Positions 37,014 through 47,143 are shown, numbered from the stretch's first letter. The stretch: 64,000 nt of DNA from Bacteroidota bacterium (GCA_040389205.1 JAZKAL010000010.1:99697-163696), one strand, 5' to 3'. The notes: a model not told the origin generated them from the sequence alone. Program-made: numbers and translations.

Positions 37014-39464
37014 TCAATTAGCTCCTACATTTATCAGATCGGCAAATACGCCGGCGGCGGTTACTTCGGCACCTGCGCCGGGGCCTTTTACAACCAGCGG
37101 GCGCTCTTTGTACCGGTCGGTTGTGAACGATATGATGTTATCGCTGCCGCTAAGCATATAGAATGGGTGGTTCTCATCAACACTTTGCAGGGTGATGGAT
37201 GCCTTGCCATTTTCCAGTTTGCCTATGTAACGCAATACTTTTTTATCTTTTTCGGCCTGTTGTTTCAGGCTGGTGAAGAAAGCATCTTCGGCTTTAAGGG
37301 CCGCGTAAAAATCTTCAACAGTTTGTGCTTCTAAACAAGCTTTTGGTAAAACGCTCTCTATCTGCACATCTGCTTCTTCCATTTCGTGGCCGGCATCGCG
37401 TGCAAGGATCAATATCTTGCGCATAAAATCTTTGCCGCTCAGGTCATCACGCGGGTCGGGTTCGGTATAGCCTTTTTCCTGGGCTTCTTTTACCACATCG
37501 TGGAAGTTGGCATCACCCTTAAAGTGATTAAAGATAAAAGAAATGGTTCCCGACAAGATGGCCTCGATCCGCTGGATGCGGTCGCCACTACTCATCAGGT
37601 CTTTTAATGTACGGATGATAGGCAGGCCGGCACCCACGTTGGTCTCATAAAAGAAATCGACCCCATGTTTGCGCGCGGTGTCTCTAAAGGTTTTGTACTG
37701 CGCGTATGACGCCGAGTTGCCGATCTTATTACAGGTTACTACGGATACATTCGCTTTAAAAACATCTTCATAAAACGCTATAGGTGCAGGGCTGGCAGTA
37801 TTATCAATAAACACACAGTTAGGCAGGTTCATTTCTTTCATTTTGGCGATGAAGCCCGCTAAATCGGCCTCATGGGCTGACGACTGCAGATCGTCTTGCC
37901 AGGTATCGAGCGATAGACCGTCGGCATTGAAAACCATTTTACGGGTATTGCTGATGCCTACTATCTTCACTTGGATGCCATTATTTTTTTGAAGGAAATC
38001 TTTATGCGCGTTTAACTGGTTGAACAGGGTTTTACCAATGTTGCCCGTACCAAGGCAGAAAGCATGCAGCGTTTTGGTCAATTCTATAAAGAAGGCGTCA
38101 TGTACCGCGTTTAGCGCCTTAGCCAGATCGTTCGCTGAGATGATCACCGAAATATTGTATTCTGATGAGCCCTGCGCAATAGCTCTTACGTTTACACCAT
38201 TACGGCCCAGCGCGTGGAACAACTTACCGCTCATGCCGGGCGTTTGTTTCATGTTTTCGCCCACTATGGCTAATATCGCCTGGTCTTTTTCTACTACCAA
38301 TGGCTCAAGTTTGTTAGCTAATAGCTCCAGTTCAAATTCCTGCTCTATTAAAAACTTTGCTTTCTCCACCTCGTTTGGCTGCACCGCAAAGGTGATGCTA
38401 TGTTCTGATGAGGATTGGGTGATGAGGATGATGTTGATCTGCTCCCTGGCCAGCAATGAAAATAACCTGCCGCTAAAGCCGGATTTGCCTACCATACCGC
38501 TTCCCTCTAAATTAAGGATGCTGATGTTATTGATAGACGAGATGCCCTTGATAGGCAAAGTAGATGCCTTGCAATCATGGCGGATAACCGTACCTGCAAA
38601 AGCAGGCTCAAAAGTGTTTTTTATAACAATCGGGATCTTCTTTAAAAACGCCGGGATCATGGTTGGCGGGTAGATCACCTTTGCGCCGAAGTAGGAAAGT
38701 TCCATGGCCTCGGTGTAGGTTAGTTCCTCCAGCGGGAAGGCTTTTTGTACCATGCGCGGGTCGGCGGTCATCATCCCGTTCACATCCGTCCAGATCTGGA
38801 TCTCCTCAGCATTTAACGCCGAGCCAAATATTGCCGCGGTGTAGTCGCTGCCGCCACGGCCAAGGGTGGTTATCTGCCCGGCATCGTTACCTGCAATAAA
38901 ACCGGTTACAATAAGCAACTTATCGATGTTCTCGTTGTAGAAAGTTTTAATAAGCAGGTTAGTTAAGTCGCTGTTTACTTTCGCATTCCCAAAAGCATTA
39001 TCTGTTTTTATTAATTCGGATGCATCAACAAAAAGCACATCTTTAAAGTGCTGCGCGGCAATTTTGCTCACCATCAGGGCCGAACATCGTTCGCCAAAGC
39101 TCAGGATCTGGTCGCGGGTTTTAGGCGTAAGCTCGCGTAGGGTAAGTACGCCCTGCAGCAATTCTTCTAATTGGTTAAAATGAATTTTTAAACCGGTATA
39201 GGCAGGGTTTTGGTTTTGCACATCAAGCAGTGCTTTAACGGCATCAAAGTGGCGTTTTTCCAGTTCAGCTAATTGTGCAGTAAACTCTTTACCGTTTGCA
39301 GCGTCCTCGGCCATTGATACCAGCAGGTTTGTTACCCCGCCCATGGCAGATAGTACCACTACCGGGCGGCTGCCTGGCTTATCCTCGGCCTTTAAAATCT
39401 CGAGTAATGTTTTTATACTGCTTACCGAACCTACCGAAGTGCCACCGAATTTTAAGATCTTCAT
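37014..39464 (-). CDS. thrA: Bifunctional aspartate kinase / homoserine dehydrogenase I
   Basis: KFGGTSV, LGRGGSDY, WTDVNG, ELSYFGA, two ACT domains, GTGNIG, YETNVGAGLP, GYTEPDPRDDL, GPGAGAEVTA. Confidence 0.97.
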   Translation of the reverse strand: MKILKFGGTSVGSVSSIKTLLEILKAEDKPGSRPVVVLSAMGGVTNLLVSMAEDAANGKEFTAQLAELEKRHFDAVKALLDVQNQNPAYTGLKIHFNQLEELLQGVLTLRELTPKTRDQILSFGERCSALMVSKIAAQHFKDVLFVDASELIKTDNAFGNAKVNSDLTNLLIKTFYNENIDKLLIVTGFIAGNDAGQITTLGRGGSDYTAAIFGSALNAEEIQIWTDVNGMMTADPRMVQKAFPLEELTYTEAMELSYFGAKVIYPPTMIPAFLKKIPIVIKNTFEPAFAGTVIRHDCKASTLPIKGISSINNISILNLEGSGMVGKSGFSGRLFSLLAREQINIILITQSSSEHSITFAVQPNEVEKAKFLIEQEFELELLANKLEPLVVEKDQAILAIVGENMKQTPGMSGKLFHALGRNGVNVRAIAQGSSEYNISVIISANDLAKALNAVHDAFFIELTKTLHAFCLGTGNIGKTLFNQLNAHKDFLQKNNGIQVKIVGISNTRKMVFNADGLSLDTWQDDLQSSAHEADLAGFIAKMKEMNLPNCVFIDNTASPAPIAFYEDVFKANVSVVTCNKIGNSASYAQYKTFRDTARKHGVDFFYETNVGAGLPIIRTLKDLMSSGDRIQRIEAILSGTISFIFNHFKGDANFHDVVKEAQEKGYTEPDPRDDLSGKDFMRKILILARDAGHEMEEADVQIESVLPKACLEAQTVEDFYAALKAEDAFFTSLKQQAEKDKKVLRYIGKLENGKASITLQSVDENHPFYMLSGSDNIISFTTDRYKERPLVVKGPGAGAEVTAAGVFADLINVGAN

Positions 39465-39499
39465 TTCCTTTTTAGTATCTGATTAAAATATCTCCTTAA

Positions 39500-39576
39500 G
39501 CCTCACCTAAATCCTCTCCAAGGGAGAGGACTTTAAATGCCCTTCACCCTCTCCTTTGGAGAGGGCGGGGTGAGGC
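39500..39576. repeat. CCCTCTCC-type composite palindrome
   Basis: gcctcacc...ggtgaggc termini enclosing two hairpins, tcctctcc-aag-ggagagga and ccctctcc-ttt-ggagaggg. Confidence 0.8.
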
Positions 39577-39582
39577 ATAAAA

Positions 39583-39612
39583 AAAGCCTTCCTCTTTGCG
39601 GAGGAAGGCTTT
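39583..39612 (-). terminator. Attenuator terminator of the thr operon
   Basis: Minus strand aaagccttcctc-cgcaaa-gaggaaggcttt plus a U tract. The 5' arm (cttcctccg) is complementary to the leader end (cggaggaag). Confidence 0.9.
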
Positions 39613-39645
39613 CATTTGGTTTGTTTATGTTTTTACACCATACGA

Positions 39646-39711
39646 TTATCTTCCTCCGAAATTTATCCCGGTGGTAATAATGGTAATAATTGTGGTGTTG
39701 TTAATTGTCAT
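39646..39711 (-). CDS. thrL: thr operon leader peptide MTINNTTIITIITTGINFGGR (not in the ORF track)
   Basis: 21 aa with 6 Thr and 6 Ile, located upstream of an antiterminator/terminator pair and thrA. Confidence 0.9.
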   Translation of the reverse strand: MTINNTTIITIITTGINFGGR

Positions 39712-39811
39712 ATATATTATGTCGGTAAAGTAAGTAGAATTTATTTTAAATACCAAATGTAAACGTGTTTTATTTTTTCAATGCCTTTAATCTTTCCTAA
39801 ATTGCGCACTT

Positions 39812-40729
39812 ATGCAGGGACTGATAACAAAATCGACCGGGAGCTGGTACCAGGTACGGAGTGGCGACGAAACCATCGATTGCCGTATTAAAGGAAAATT
39901 CCGGATAAAGGGGATTACTACCACTAACCCACTAGCGGTTGGCGACGTGGTTGATTTTGACATGGAACCCGAGCAAGGCACCGGTGTTATCACCAATTTG
40001 CATCAGCGTAAAAACTATATTATACGTAAGGCTATTAATCTTTCTAAGCAGGCGCAGATCATTGCAGCCAACCTGGATAGGGCGATTTTAGTAGTAACGC
40101 TGGCGTCGCCACGCACTTCTTTGGGTTTTATCGATCGTTTTTTGGTTACCGCCGAGGCGTATGACATCCCCGCATGTTTGATATTTAATAAGCTGGACCT
40201 TTTTAGCGATGAGGGTTTAGAAATCCTCGCCGATTACCAGGCTATTTACCAAAGCATTGGTTACCCCTGTTATTCTGTTTCAGCGTTAGAAGGGACTAAC
40301 ATTGACGATGTACAGGATTTGCTAAAAGATAAGGTAACACTATTCTCCGGACACTCGGGTGTAGGTAAATCCAGTTTGATCAACCGCCTTTTACCGGATC
40401 TTGACCTCCGTACCCACATAGTATCTGAATGGAGCGACAAAGGGATGCACACCACCACCTTTGCCGAAATGTTTGAACTGCCGCAAGGGGGCTATATTAT
40501 TGATACCCCCGGCATCCGCGAATTGGGTGTGATAGATATTGAAAAGGAAGTGCTGAGCCATTTCTTCCCCGAAATGCGCCAACGCATGAACCAATGCCGC
40601 TTTAACAACTGCCGCCACATTAATGAGCCGGGTTGCGCGGTGTTGGATGCGTTGGAAGAAGGCGAAATAGCACCATCGCGGTATGATAGCTATTTGAGTA
40701 TTTATAATGGGAACGATACTAGAGCGTAA
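39812..40729 (+). CDS. rsgA: Ribosome small subunit-dependent GTPase A
   Basis: AVGDVV, QIIAANLD, NKLD, GHSGVGKSSLIN, GMHTTT, DTPG, zinc knuckle CRFNNCRHINEPGC. Confidence 0.96.
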   Translation: MQGLITKSTGSWYQVRSGDETIDCRIKGKFRIKGITTTNPLAVGDVVDFDMEPEQGTGVITNLHQRKNYIIRKAINLSKQAQIIAANLDRAILVVTLASPRTSLGFIDRFLVTAEAYDIPACLIFNKLDLFSDEGLEILADYQAIYQSIGYPCYSVSALEGTNIDDVQDLLKDKVTLFSGHSGVGKSSLINRLLPDLDLRTHIVSEWSDKGMHTTTFAEMFELPQGGYIIDTPGIRELGVIDIEKEVLSHFFPEMRQRMNQCRFNNCRHINEPGCAVLDALEEGEIAPSRYDSYLSIYNGNDTRA

Positions 40730-40730
40730 A

Positions 40731-40763
40731 TAAAAGTCAAAAGGTTAAAGTCAAAAGTCAAAA
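40731..40763. repeat. Degenerate 7-mer tandem array
   Basis: taaaagt caaaagg ttaaagt caaaagt caaaa, filling the whole rsgA-dtd gap. Confidence 0.7.
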
Positions 40764-41216
40764 ATGCGTGCAGTAATACAACGGGTTTCAGAAGCATCAT
40801 GCAGGGTTGATGGCAAAATCACCGGGCAAATTGGTATTGGTTTTATGGTTTTACTGGGAGTGGAGGATGCTGATACTGACGAAGACCTGCAATGGCTTGC
40901 CCAAAAAATAACCGGCCTGCGCGTGTTTAGCGATGAGAACGGTTTAATGAATAAAGGCCTGGCCGATATTAATGGAGATATATTAATGATATCTCAGTTC
41001 ACCTTATTCGCGCAAACTAAAAAAGGGAACCGCCCGTCTTTCATCCGCGCGGCAAAGCCGGATAAAGCAATACCAATGTATGAGCAAATGATAAAAACGT
41101 TGGAAACCATCACCGGCAAAAAAATAGCCACCGGTATTTTTGGTGCCGATATGAAAGTAAGTTTGGTAAACGATGGGCCGGTTACGATTACGATCGATAC
41201 GAAGAACAGAGAATAG
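40764..41216 (+). CDS. dtd: D-aminoacyl-tRNA deacylase
   Basis: MRAVIQRV, SQFTL, KKGNRPSF, FGADMKVSLVNDGPVT. Confidence 0.97.
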   Translation: MRAVIQRVSEASCRVDGKITGQIGIGFMVLLGVEDADTDEDLQWLAQKITGLRVFSDENGLMNKGLADINGDILMISQFTLFAQTKKGNRPSFIRAAKPDKAIPMYEQMIKTLETITGKKIATGIFGADMKVSLVNDGPVTITIDTKNRE

Positions 41217-41234
41217 TTGCCTCACTTAAACCAT

Positions 41235-41332
41235 TTGTCATGCTGAGCATGGCGAAGCGTCTAATCGCCGCCAAGCAATCGTCGAGAGGCAAAGTTCAAT
41301 AATAGATCCTTCGCTATCGCTCAGGATGACAA
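41235..41332. repeat. REP-like palindrome with TGTCAT...ATGACA ends
   Basis: ttgtcatgctgagc...cgaagcgtct / agatccttcg...gctcaggatgacaa. Confidence 0.8.
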
Positions 41333-41344
41333 GAAAAAAGTATA

Positions 41345-41383
41345 CAAAAAAGACCGGGGCAATGCACTGCCCCGGTCTTTTTG
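41345..41383. terminator. Bidirectional terminator
   Basis: caaaaaagaccggggca-atgcac-tgccccggtctttttg. Confidence 0.88.
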
Positions 41384-41400
41384 TATGTTAAATTTATTAA

Positions 41401-42927
41401 TTATTGAACTTCAAATACATTGCTGAAGCTGCCACCATCAGGGTAGTAACCGGTGATGATCAGGCGGCCGTTTTTAAGGTTGGTGATCACTTTATCCATA
41501 TCGGCAACGCTGTTGATAGGTTGCTTGTTGATTGAAGTAATAACCGAACCTACAGGGATCTCGGTATCATCAAAAATACCACCCGGGCGTACCTGAGTTA
41601 CCAATACACCACTGTTAATACGGAACTTAGATTTTTGCGCGGCATTCAACGGTTGGAAACTTGCACCAAGTTTGTTAAACAACTCAGCTGCCGATTTTGA
41701 CACTGCTGCGGTTTTGTTTGTAGGCGCTTCTGCCTTAAGCGAAATGTTGAATGTTTTTTCGCTGCCGTTACGTAATACGGTGATATTTATCTTATCGCCC
41801 GGCTGTAAACGTGCAACACGCTCTTGCAGGTCAGATGATTCATAAACAGGGTTACCTTCAACCTTGGTAATAATATCGCCTGTTTTAACACCGGCCTGCT
41901 CGGCACCACCACCTGTTACCAGGCTGGTTACATATAAGCCGTTTGTTTTATCGCTGTTAACTTGTTTTGCAGCCTCAGGGTCGCTTAAGTCGGCGAAGCC
42001 GATACCCACATAACCACGTTTTACTGTACCGTATTTTTTAATGTCGTTCAATACCTTTTTAGCCAGGTTAATAGGGATAGCAAAGCCATAGCCTTCGTAA
42101 GAACCGGTGTGCGATGCTATAGCAGCATTAATACCAATTAACTCACCGGCAGTGTTTACCAATGCACCACCGCTGTTACCGGGGTTAATAGCTGCATCCG
42201 TTTGAATGAACGACTCGATACCTTTTCTGAGTGTAGGGGTTTGTTGCCTAACAGGGTATGGGCTTTCTTCGTCATCCTCGCGGCCAATAATATTGATACT
42301 TCTGCCTTTAGCGCTAACAATACCCGCAGTAACGGTTGAGTTAAGTTTAAAAGGGTTACCAACAGCTAACACCCATTCGCCAACGCGTACCGCGTCAGAG
42401 TTGCCTAATTTTACAATAGGCAGGTTATTACCTTCAATTTTAATTAAAGCAAGGTCGGTATTAGGGTCGGTACCTATAACTTTCGCCTCAAACTGGCGGT
42501 GGTCGTTAGTTACGATCTGGATCTTCTCGGCTTTTGCAACCACGTGGTTGTTAGTAACAATGTATCCATCCGGAGAGATGATAACACCTGAGCCTGATGC
42601 CATTTGCGGGCCTTGCGGGCGCATGCGCTGGCCAAACATCTGGCCAAACATTTCTTCAAGCTGATCTTGTCGGCCGTTGCTTCTGTCTGAATATGTTGTA
42701 CGGATATAAACCACAGCCGGGGTCACATCGGCAGCAGCCTGCGTAAAATCTACCGAACCGGCAGATGATACAACCGGCGCATTAGGGCGATTGCTGGCAA
42801 AGTAAACTTTTTGTTTATCCTCCAGGGTCATGCTGTCGGCATACTTGTTTTCTACAAGTTTATATACGCCTAACGCCATGGCACCGCCCACAAAGGCGGT
42901 TAATAATGTTAAACCAATTTTTTTCAT
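41401..42927 (-). CDS. degP: HtrA/DegP (Do) family serine endoprotease with two PDZ domains
   Basis: GSGVII, VTNNHVV, TDLALIK, FIQTDAAINPGNSGGALVN, two PDZ domains. Confidence 0.93.
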   Translation of the reverse strand: MKKIGLTLLTAFVGGAMALGVYKLVENKYADSMTLEDKQKVYFASNRPNAPVVSSAGSVDFTQAAADVTPAVVYIRTTYSDRSNGRQDQLEEMFGQMFGQRMRPQGPQMASGSGVIISPDGYIVTNNHVVAKAEKIQIVTNDHRQFEAKVIGTDPNTDLALIKIEGNNLPIVKLGNSDAVRVGEWVLAVGNPFKLNSTVTAGIVSAKGRSINIIGREDDEESPYPVRQQTPTLRKGIESFIQTDAAINPGNSGGALVNTAGELIGINAAIASHTGSYEGYGFAIPINLAKKVLNDIKKYGTVKRGYVGIGFADLSDPEAAKQVNSDKTNGLYVTSLVTGGGAEQAGVKTGDIITKVEGNPVYESSDLQERVARLQPGDKINITVLRNGSEKTFNISLKAEAPTNKTAAVSKSAAELFNKLGASFQPLNAAQKSKFRINSGVLVTQVRPGGIFDDTEIPVGSVITSINKQPINSVADMDKVITNLKNGRLIITGYYPDGGSFSNVFEVQ

Positions 42928-43111
42928 ATTATCTTCAATTAATCTTATGCTTTTTTGATATGGGTTTCAAATTTAATACCATATAGACGATATTATCAAT
43001 AATAAGGTATGTGTAATATTGTTAAAATTTGTTAAATTAAGAGTAGCAGCCAGCTATATTTGTTACGTATTGCTATACCGAATTATTTAACGAACAATAT
43101 AAGTAACCATT

Positions 43112-43897
43112 GTGCAAATAAAATTTTATAAATACCAGGGGGCCGGTAACGATTTTGTATTAATAGACAATCGCGAAGGTGTTTTAAAAGGCCTTGATAA
43201 ACAATTAGTTGCAAGGCTATGCGATAGGCGCTTCGGCATTGGTGGCGACGGCTTAATGCTACTGGAGAACGAACCTGATTTTGATTTTAGGATGGTCTAT
43301 TACAATGCCGATGGTAACGAAGGAAGTATGTGTGGTAACGGAGGCCGGTGTATAGTGGCTTTTGCCAAACACCTGAGGGTGATAACAGATGCGACAAAAT
43401 TTCTGGCTACAGACGGTGTACATCATGCCAAAATTTCAGATACGGGCAATTGGGTTAGCCTGCAAATGATAGATGTCGCCGATATTAACAGAGACGGCGA
43501 CGCTTATGTACTCAATACAGGATCGCCCCATTACGTAAAATTAACTACCAATTTGGAGGTTAAAGATGTTTATAACGAGGGTTATGCCATCCGTAATAAT
43601 CCTACTTATAAACAAGACGGTATTAATGTAAACTTTGTTGAGAAAACCGGCGACGGATACTTTGTGCGCACCTTTGAACGCGGCGTAGAAAATGAAACTT
43701 ACGCCTGTGGCACAGGTGTTACTGCCGTAGCCCTGGCGATGGCCAAACAAAACCAGCAATCCGGAACAATTACTACCCCCATAAAAGTTTTAGGCGGCAA
43801 CCTTAACATCCGCTTTGATTACGACGGCGAAAAGTTTAGTAATATATTTTTAGAAGGCCCGGCAGAATTAGTTTTTGATGGGGAGATAGAAGTGTAA
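43112..43897 (+). CDS. dapF: Diaminopimelate epimerase
   Basis: KYQGAGNDF, GIGGDG, MCGNGGRC, GSPH, NVNF, RTFERGV, ACGTG. Confidence 0.97.
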   Translation: MQIKFYKYQGAGNDFVLIDNREGVLKGLDKQLVARLCDRRFGIGGDGLMLLENEPDFDFRMVYYNADGNEGSMCGNGGRCIVAFAKHLRVITDATKFLATDGVHHAKISDTGNWVSLQMIDVADINRDGDAYVLNTGSPHYVKLTTNLEVKDVYNEGYAIRNNPTYKQDGINVNFVEKTGDGYFVRTFERGVENETYACGTGVTAVALAMAKQNQQSGTITTPIKVLGGNLNIRFDYDGEKFSNIFLEGPAELVFDGEIEV

Positions 43898-43988
43898 TCC
43901 TATAACCCAGTAGGTGTACTTTAATAACCGATTAGAGCATTTACGTATTACCAATCAATCACTATTTAACCGATTAACTAATCTCTTG

Positions 43989-44027
43989 AAAAAATGAGAC
44001 CCTGAAATTTCAGGGTCTCATTTTTTT
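43989..44027 (+). terminator. Intrinsic terminator
   Basis: aaaaaatgagaccctgaa / ttcagggtctcatttttt. Confidence 0.85.
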
Positions 44028-44086
44028 ACATTACGTTTGAATTTTTTCTCAGCGTAACTTCCATTAATTTTTTACCTATAAAGTTA

Positions 44087-46987
44087 ATGTTACGCGTAGA
44101 CAGCACCAAGCCCTGCCAAATAATTTATGCCATTGCCCGGCACGATTACCTGTCGTACGTTATAGAGCCGCATGTTGTTCAGCTAAACCCTAATGGCGAG
44201 TTTTCTTTTACCCACCAGCGCTTATTCTCAAACACAGCCGAGGAGTTTGCCGACTGCATTGATGATGCCGACCGCAAGCTGATCAAAATTTTAGAGGATA
44301 TAGAGCAGGGGAATGTTATCAAAAAATATTACAAGAAACCTATACGCCCGTTCGAGTTTTTTGCCAAGGTCTTTACCGATCAGCTTTTTGATACCATAAG
44401 GCCTAAAATCGAAAAGAAACTGGTAGAAGCATTGGCCCTGTTAGGCAGCGGTAACAAGCAAATTTACTTGATGAGCAAGGAGGGTTACCCCGCCGGCCGT
44501 AAGGTTCATATTGCAGATGAACCCGCCTCGGTATTGTTTCATTTCCGACGTAGCGAGGAAGAGATCCGCTACTTTCCTACCATTAAGTACCAGGGTATGC
44601 GCATCGAGTTTATGTATAAAGATGCCGAGATCATTTGCAACCACCCAGCCTGGATGCTGCTTGACGATACCCTTTACTATTTTGATAAGGAGATAGAAGG
44701 CAAAAAACTGCAGCCATTCCTTAATAAGCGTTTTATATCTATTCCAAAATCATCAGAGCAATCATACTTCGAGAAGTTTGTTGCCCCGCTGATAGAGAAA
44801 CATAACGTATACGCCGAGGGCTTTACCATCAATACCGAAAAGTATGATGCAACGGCATTCCTAAAACCCATATATGTAGAGGGCGGCACATCGCAGCTGC
44901 AACTGTATTTTAAATATGCAGGCTATATTTTCCCCTACGGGGATGGCAGGACGGTCTCCGTCCGCATGGAGAAAACAGGCGATGACTATCTTTTTCACCG
45001 AATAAAAAGATCGGTAACCTGGGAGAAGGGAAAGCTGGCGCAACTGGAAGCAATGGGTTTAAAAACCGTATCGTCACTGTTTCAGAATTTAGAGGTTGCC
45101 AACCACCACGAAGATGGCGACCGATCGTTCCCCGTGTTTGAGTGGTTAAACCAGCACCACGACGAATTGATTGAAAAAGGGTTTGAACTGGAACAACCCG
45201 ACGGGCAAAAGCGCTATGTTTTTGGTAACACCAAAATAGACCTGGAAATAAGCGAGAATAACGACTGGTTTGATATTAACGCCGTAGTTTACTTTGGCCC
45301 TTACCGCATTCCATTCATCCAGTTAAAAAACCACATACTAAACCATAAAAAAGAATTTGTGCTGCCATCCGGCGAGATAGCCGTGATACCCGAGAGCTGG
45401 TTTTCACAATACGGTAACTTGCTGCACTTTAGCGAGGGCGGCGACGAGCTAAAACTTCGCAGGCACCATATAGGCTTGGTTAACGAACTTGGCGATGGCG
45501 AAATGGCCGAGGTGGCTATGACACGCAAACTGCAAAAGCTTACAGATTTTGAAGAAACCGAAGATGTAGCCATGCCGGTAAACTTTGCAGGTAGCTTACG
45601 CCCCTATCAAAAGGCGGGTTATAACTGGTTCCATTTTTTAAAGGAGTACCATTTTGGCGGATGCCTTGCCGATGACATGGGCCTTGGTAAAACCATACAA
45701 ACCCTGGCCCTGCTGCAAAAACATAAAGAAGATACCGAAGCTGCCGGCAGCAAAGCCACATCGCTGGTTATTATGCCTACCTCGCTGATATATAACTGGC
45801 TTAATGAGGCAAAAAAATTCGCGCCGCAACTGAGGCTGATGGTGCATACCGGGGCTTTCCGTTACAAATCGGCAGAGGTGTTTGCTAATTACGATGTGGT
45901 GATAACTACCTACGGCATCAGCCGGATAGACATTGAAATGTTTAAGGCTTACTTTTTTGATTATGTGATACTGGATGAAAGCCAGAACATCAAAAACCCG
46001 TCGTCAAAATCGTTTCAGTCGGTGCGGCAGTTAAAATCGAGGTTTAAACTTATTTTGAGTGGTACGCCGGTAGAAAATTCGGTTAATGACCTTTGGACGC
46101 AGATGTCGTTTATTAATCCGGGCTTATTAGGCTCGCAGCAGTTTTTCCAGAACGAATTTGTAACTCCAATTGAGAAAAAGAAGGAGGAAGATAAAGCCCG
46201 CAAGCTACAGGCTATAATTAAACCATTTGTGCTGCGCCGTACCAAAGAGCAGGTAGCCACCGAGCTGCCGCCAAAAACCGAAAACCTTTTCTATTGCGAA
46301 ATGAGCGAAGAACAGGCCGAGGTGTACGACAAAGTAAAATCGGAATACCGCAACGAATTGCTGCGCAGTATTGAAGACGGCACCTACGCTAAAACGCAGA
46401 TACAGGTATTGCAGGGCTTAATTAAACTGCGCCAGATAGCCAATCACCCGGCTATGATCGATGGGGAATACGAAGGTGATAGCGGCAAATTTGAGAATGT
46501 GGTACATACCCTAGCCAATGTTTTGGATGGCGGGCATAAAGTGTTGGTGTTTTCGCAGTTTGTAAAGCAGCTTACCATATACCGGAACCATTTTGATAAA
46601 GAAGGCATCCCTTATGTTTATCTGGATGGTGGTACGCAAAACCGGGGCGATGTAGTTAAACAATTTCAGGAAGATAAAAAAACAAGGGTGTTTTTGATCT
46701 CAATTAAAGCGGGGGGTGTAGGGCTTAATTTAACCGAAGCCGATTACGTTTTTATCCTGGACCCATGGTGGAACCCGGCTGTTGAGCAACAGGCCATTGA
46801 CCGTACCCACCGCATTGGCCAAACCAAAAATGTGTTTATTTATAAGTTCATCACCAAAGATACGGTAGAAGAAAAGATACTGGCTTTGCAACAACGAAAG
46901 CTAAGCCTGTCGCGCGCGCTTATCACTACCGAAGACAGCTTTATTAAGTCGCTTACGGCTGATGATATTAAGGAAATATTGGGATAG
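44087..46987 (+). CDS. SNF2-family DEAD/DEAH helicase
   Basis: LRPYQ, LADDMGLGKT, LDESQNIK, LSGTPVEN, FVLRRTK, VLVFSQF, GGVGLNLT, DPWWNPAVEQQAIDRTHRIGQ. Confidence 0.96.
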   Translation: MLRVDSTKPCQIIYAIARHDYLSYVIEPHVVQLNPNGEFSFTHQRLFSNTAEEFADCIDDADRKLIKILEDIEQGNVIKKYYKKPIRPFEFFAKVFTDQLFDTIRPKIEKKLVEALALLGSGNKQIYLMSKEGYPAGRKVHIADEPASVLFHFRRSEEEIRYFPTIKYQGMRIEFMYKDAEIICNHPAWMLLDDTLYYFDKEIEGKKLQPFLNKRFISIPKSSEQSYFEKFVAPLIEKHNVYAEGFTINTEKYDATAFLKPIYVEGGTSQLQLYFKYAGYIFPYGDGRTVSVRMEKTGDDYLFHRIKRSVTWEKGKLAQLEAMGLKTVSSLFQNLEVANHHEDGDRSFPVFEWLNQHHDELIEKGFELEQPDGQKRYVFGNTKIDLEISENNDWFDINAVVYFGPYRIPFIQLKNHILNHKKEFVLPSGEIAVIPESWFSQYGNLLHFSEGGDELKLRRHHIGLVNELGDGEMAEVAMTRKLQKLTDFEETEDVAMPVNFAGSLRPYQKAGYNWFHFLKEYHFGGCLADDMGLGKTIQTLALLQKHKEDTEAAGSKATSLVIMPTSLIYNWLNEAKKFAPQLRLMVHTGAFRYKSAEVFANYDVVITTYGISRIDIEMFKAYFFDYVILDESQNIKNPSSKSFQSVRQLKSRFKLILSGTPVENSVNDLWTQMSFINPGLLGSQQFFQNEFVTPIEKKKEEDKARKLQAIIKPFVLRRTKEQVATELPPKTENLFYCEMSEEQAEVYDKVKSEYRNELLRSIEDGTYAKTQIQVLQGLIKLRQIANHPAMIDGEYEGDSGKFENVVHTLANVLDGGHKVLVFSQFVKQLTIYRNHFDKEGIPYVYLDGGTQNRGDVVKQFQEDKKTRVFLISIKAGGVGLNLTEADYVFILDPWWNPAVEQQAIDRTHRIGQTKNVFIYKFITKDTVEEKILALQQRKLSLSRALITTEDSFIKSLTADDIKEILG

Positions 46988-47022
46988 CCATACATGCAAA
47001 CCGGGCTCCGTACGACAACATA

Positions 47023-47116
47023 TGTTCACGTTCACGTTTGCACAACCAGGGTGTTTTTTGCAAGCGCCTTATAATCAGATGTTCTGATGTTAAATTGGTG
47101 ACAGTATTGCGACACC
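47023..47116. repeat. 94-bp dispersed repeat, copy B (inverted relative to copy A)
   Basis: Gapless match to 29369-29462 (67/94). Confidence 0.8.
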
Positions 47117-47143
47117 ATATCATATTTAAATAATTATATGAGT

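Noticed and set aside
38020-38673. Long antisense ORFs in the track (e.g. 38020-38673, 62893-63555, 711-1214, 55143-55655)
   Set aside because: They lie fully opposite well-supported genes, have no recognisable motifs and are expected from codon bias.
44087-46987. SNF2 helicase as a defence-system component
   Set aside because: No methylase, nuclease or other defence genes are adjacent, composition is host-like, and it sits between housekeeping genes.
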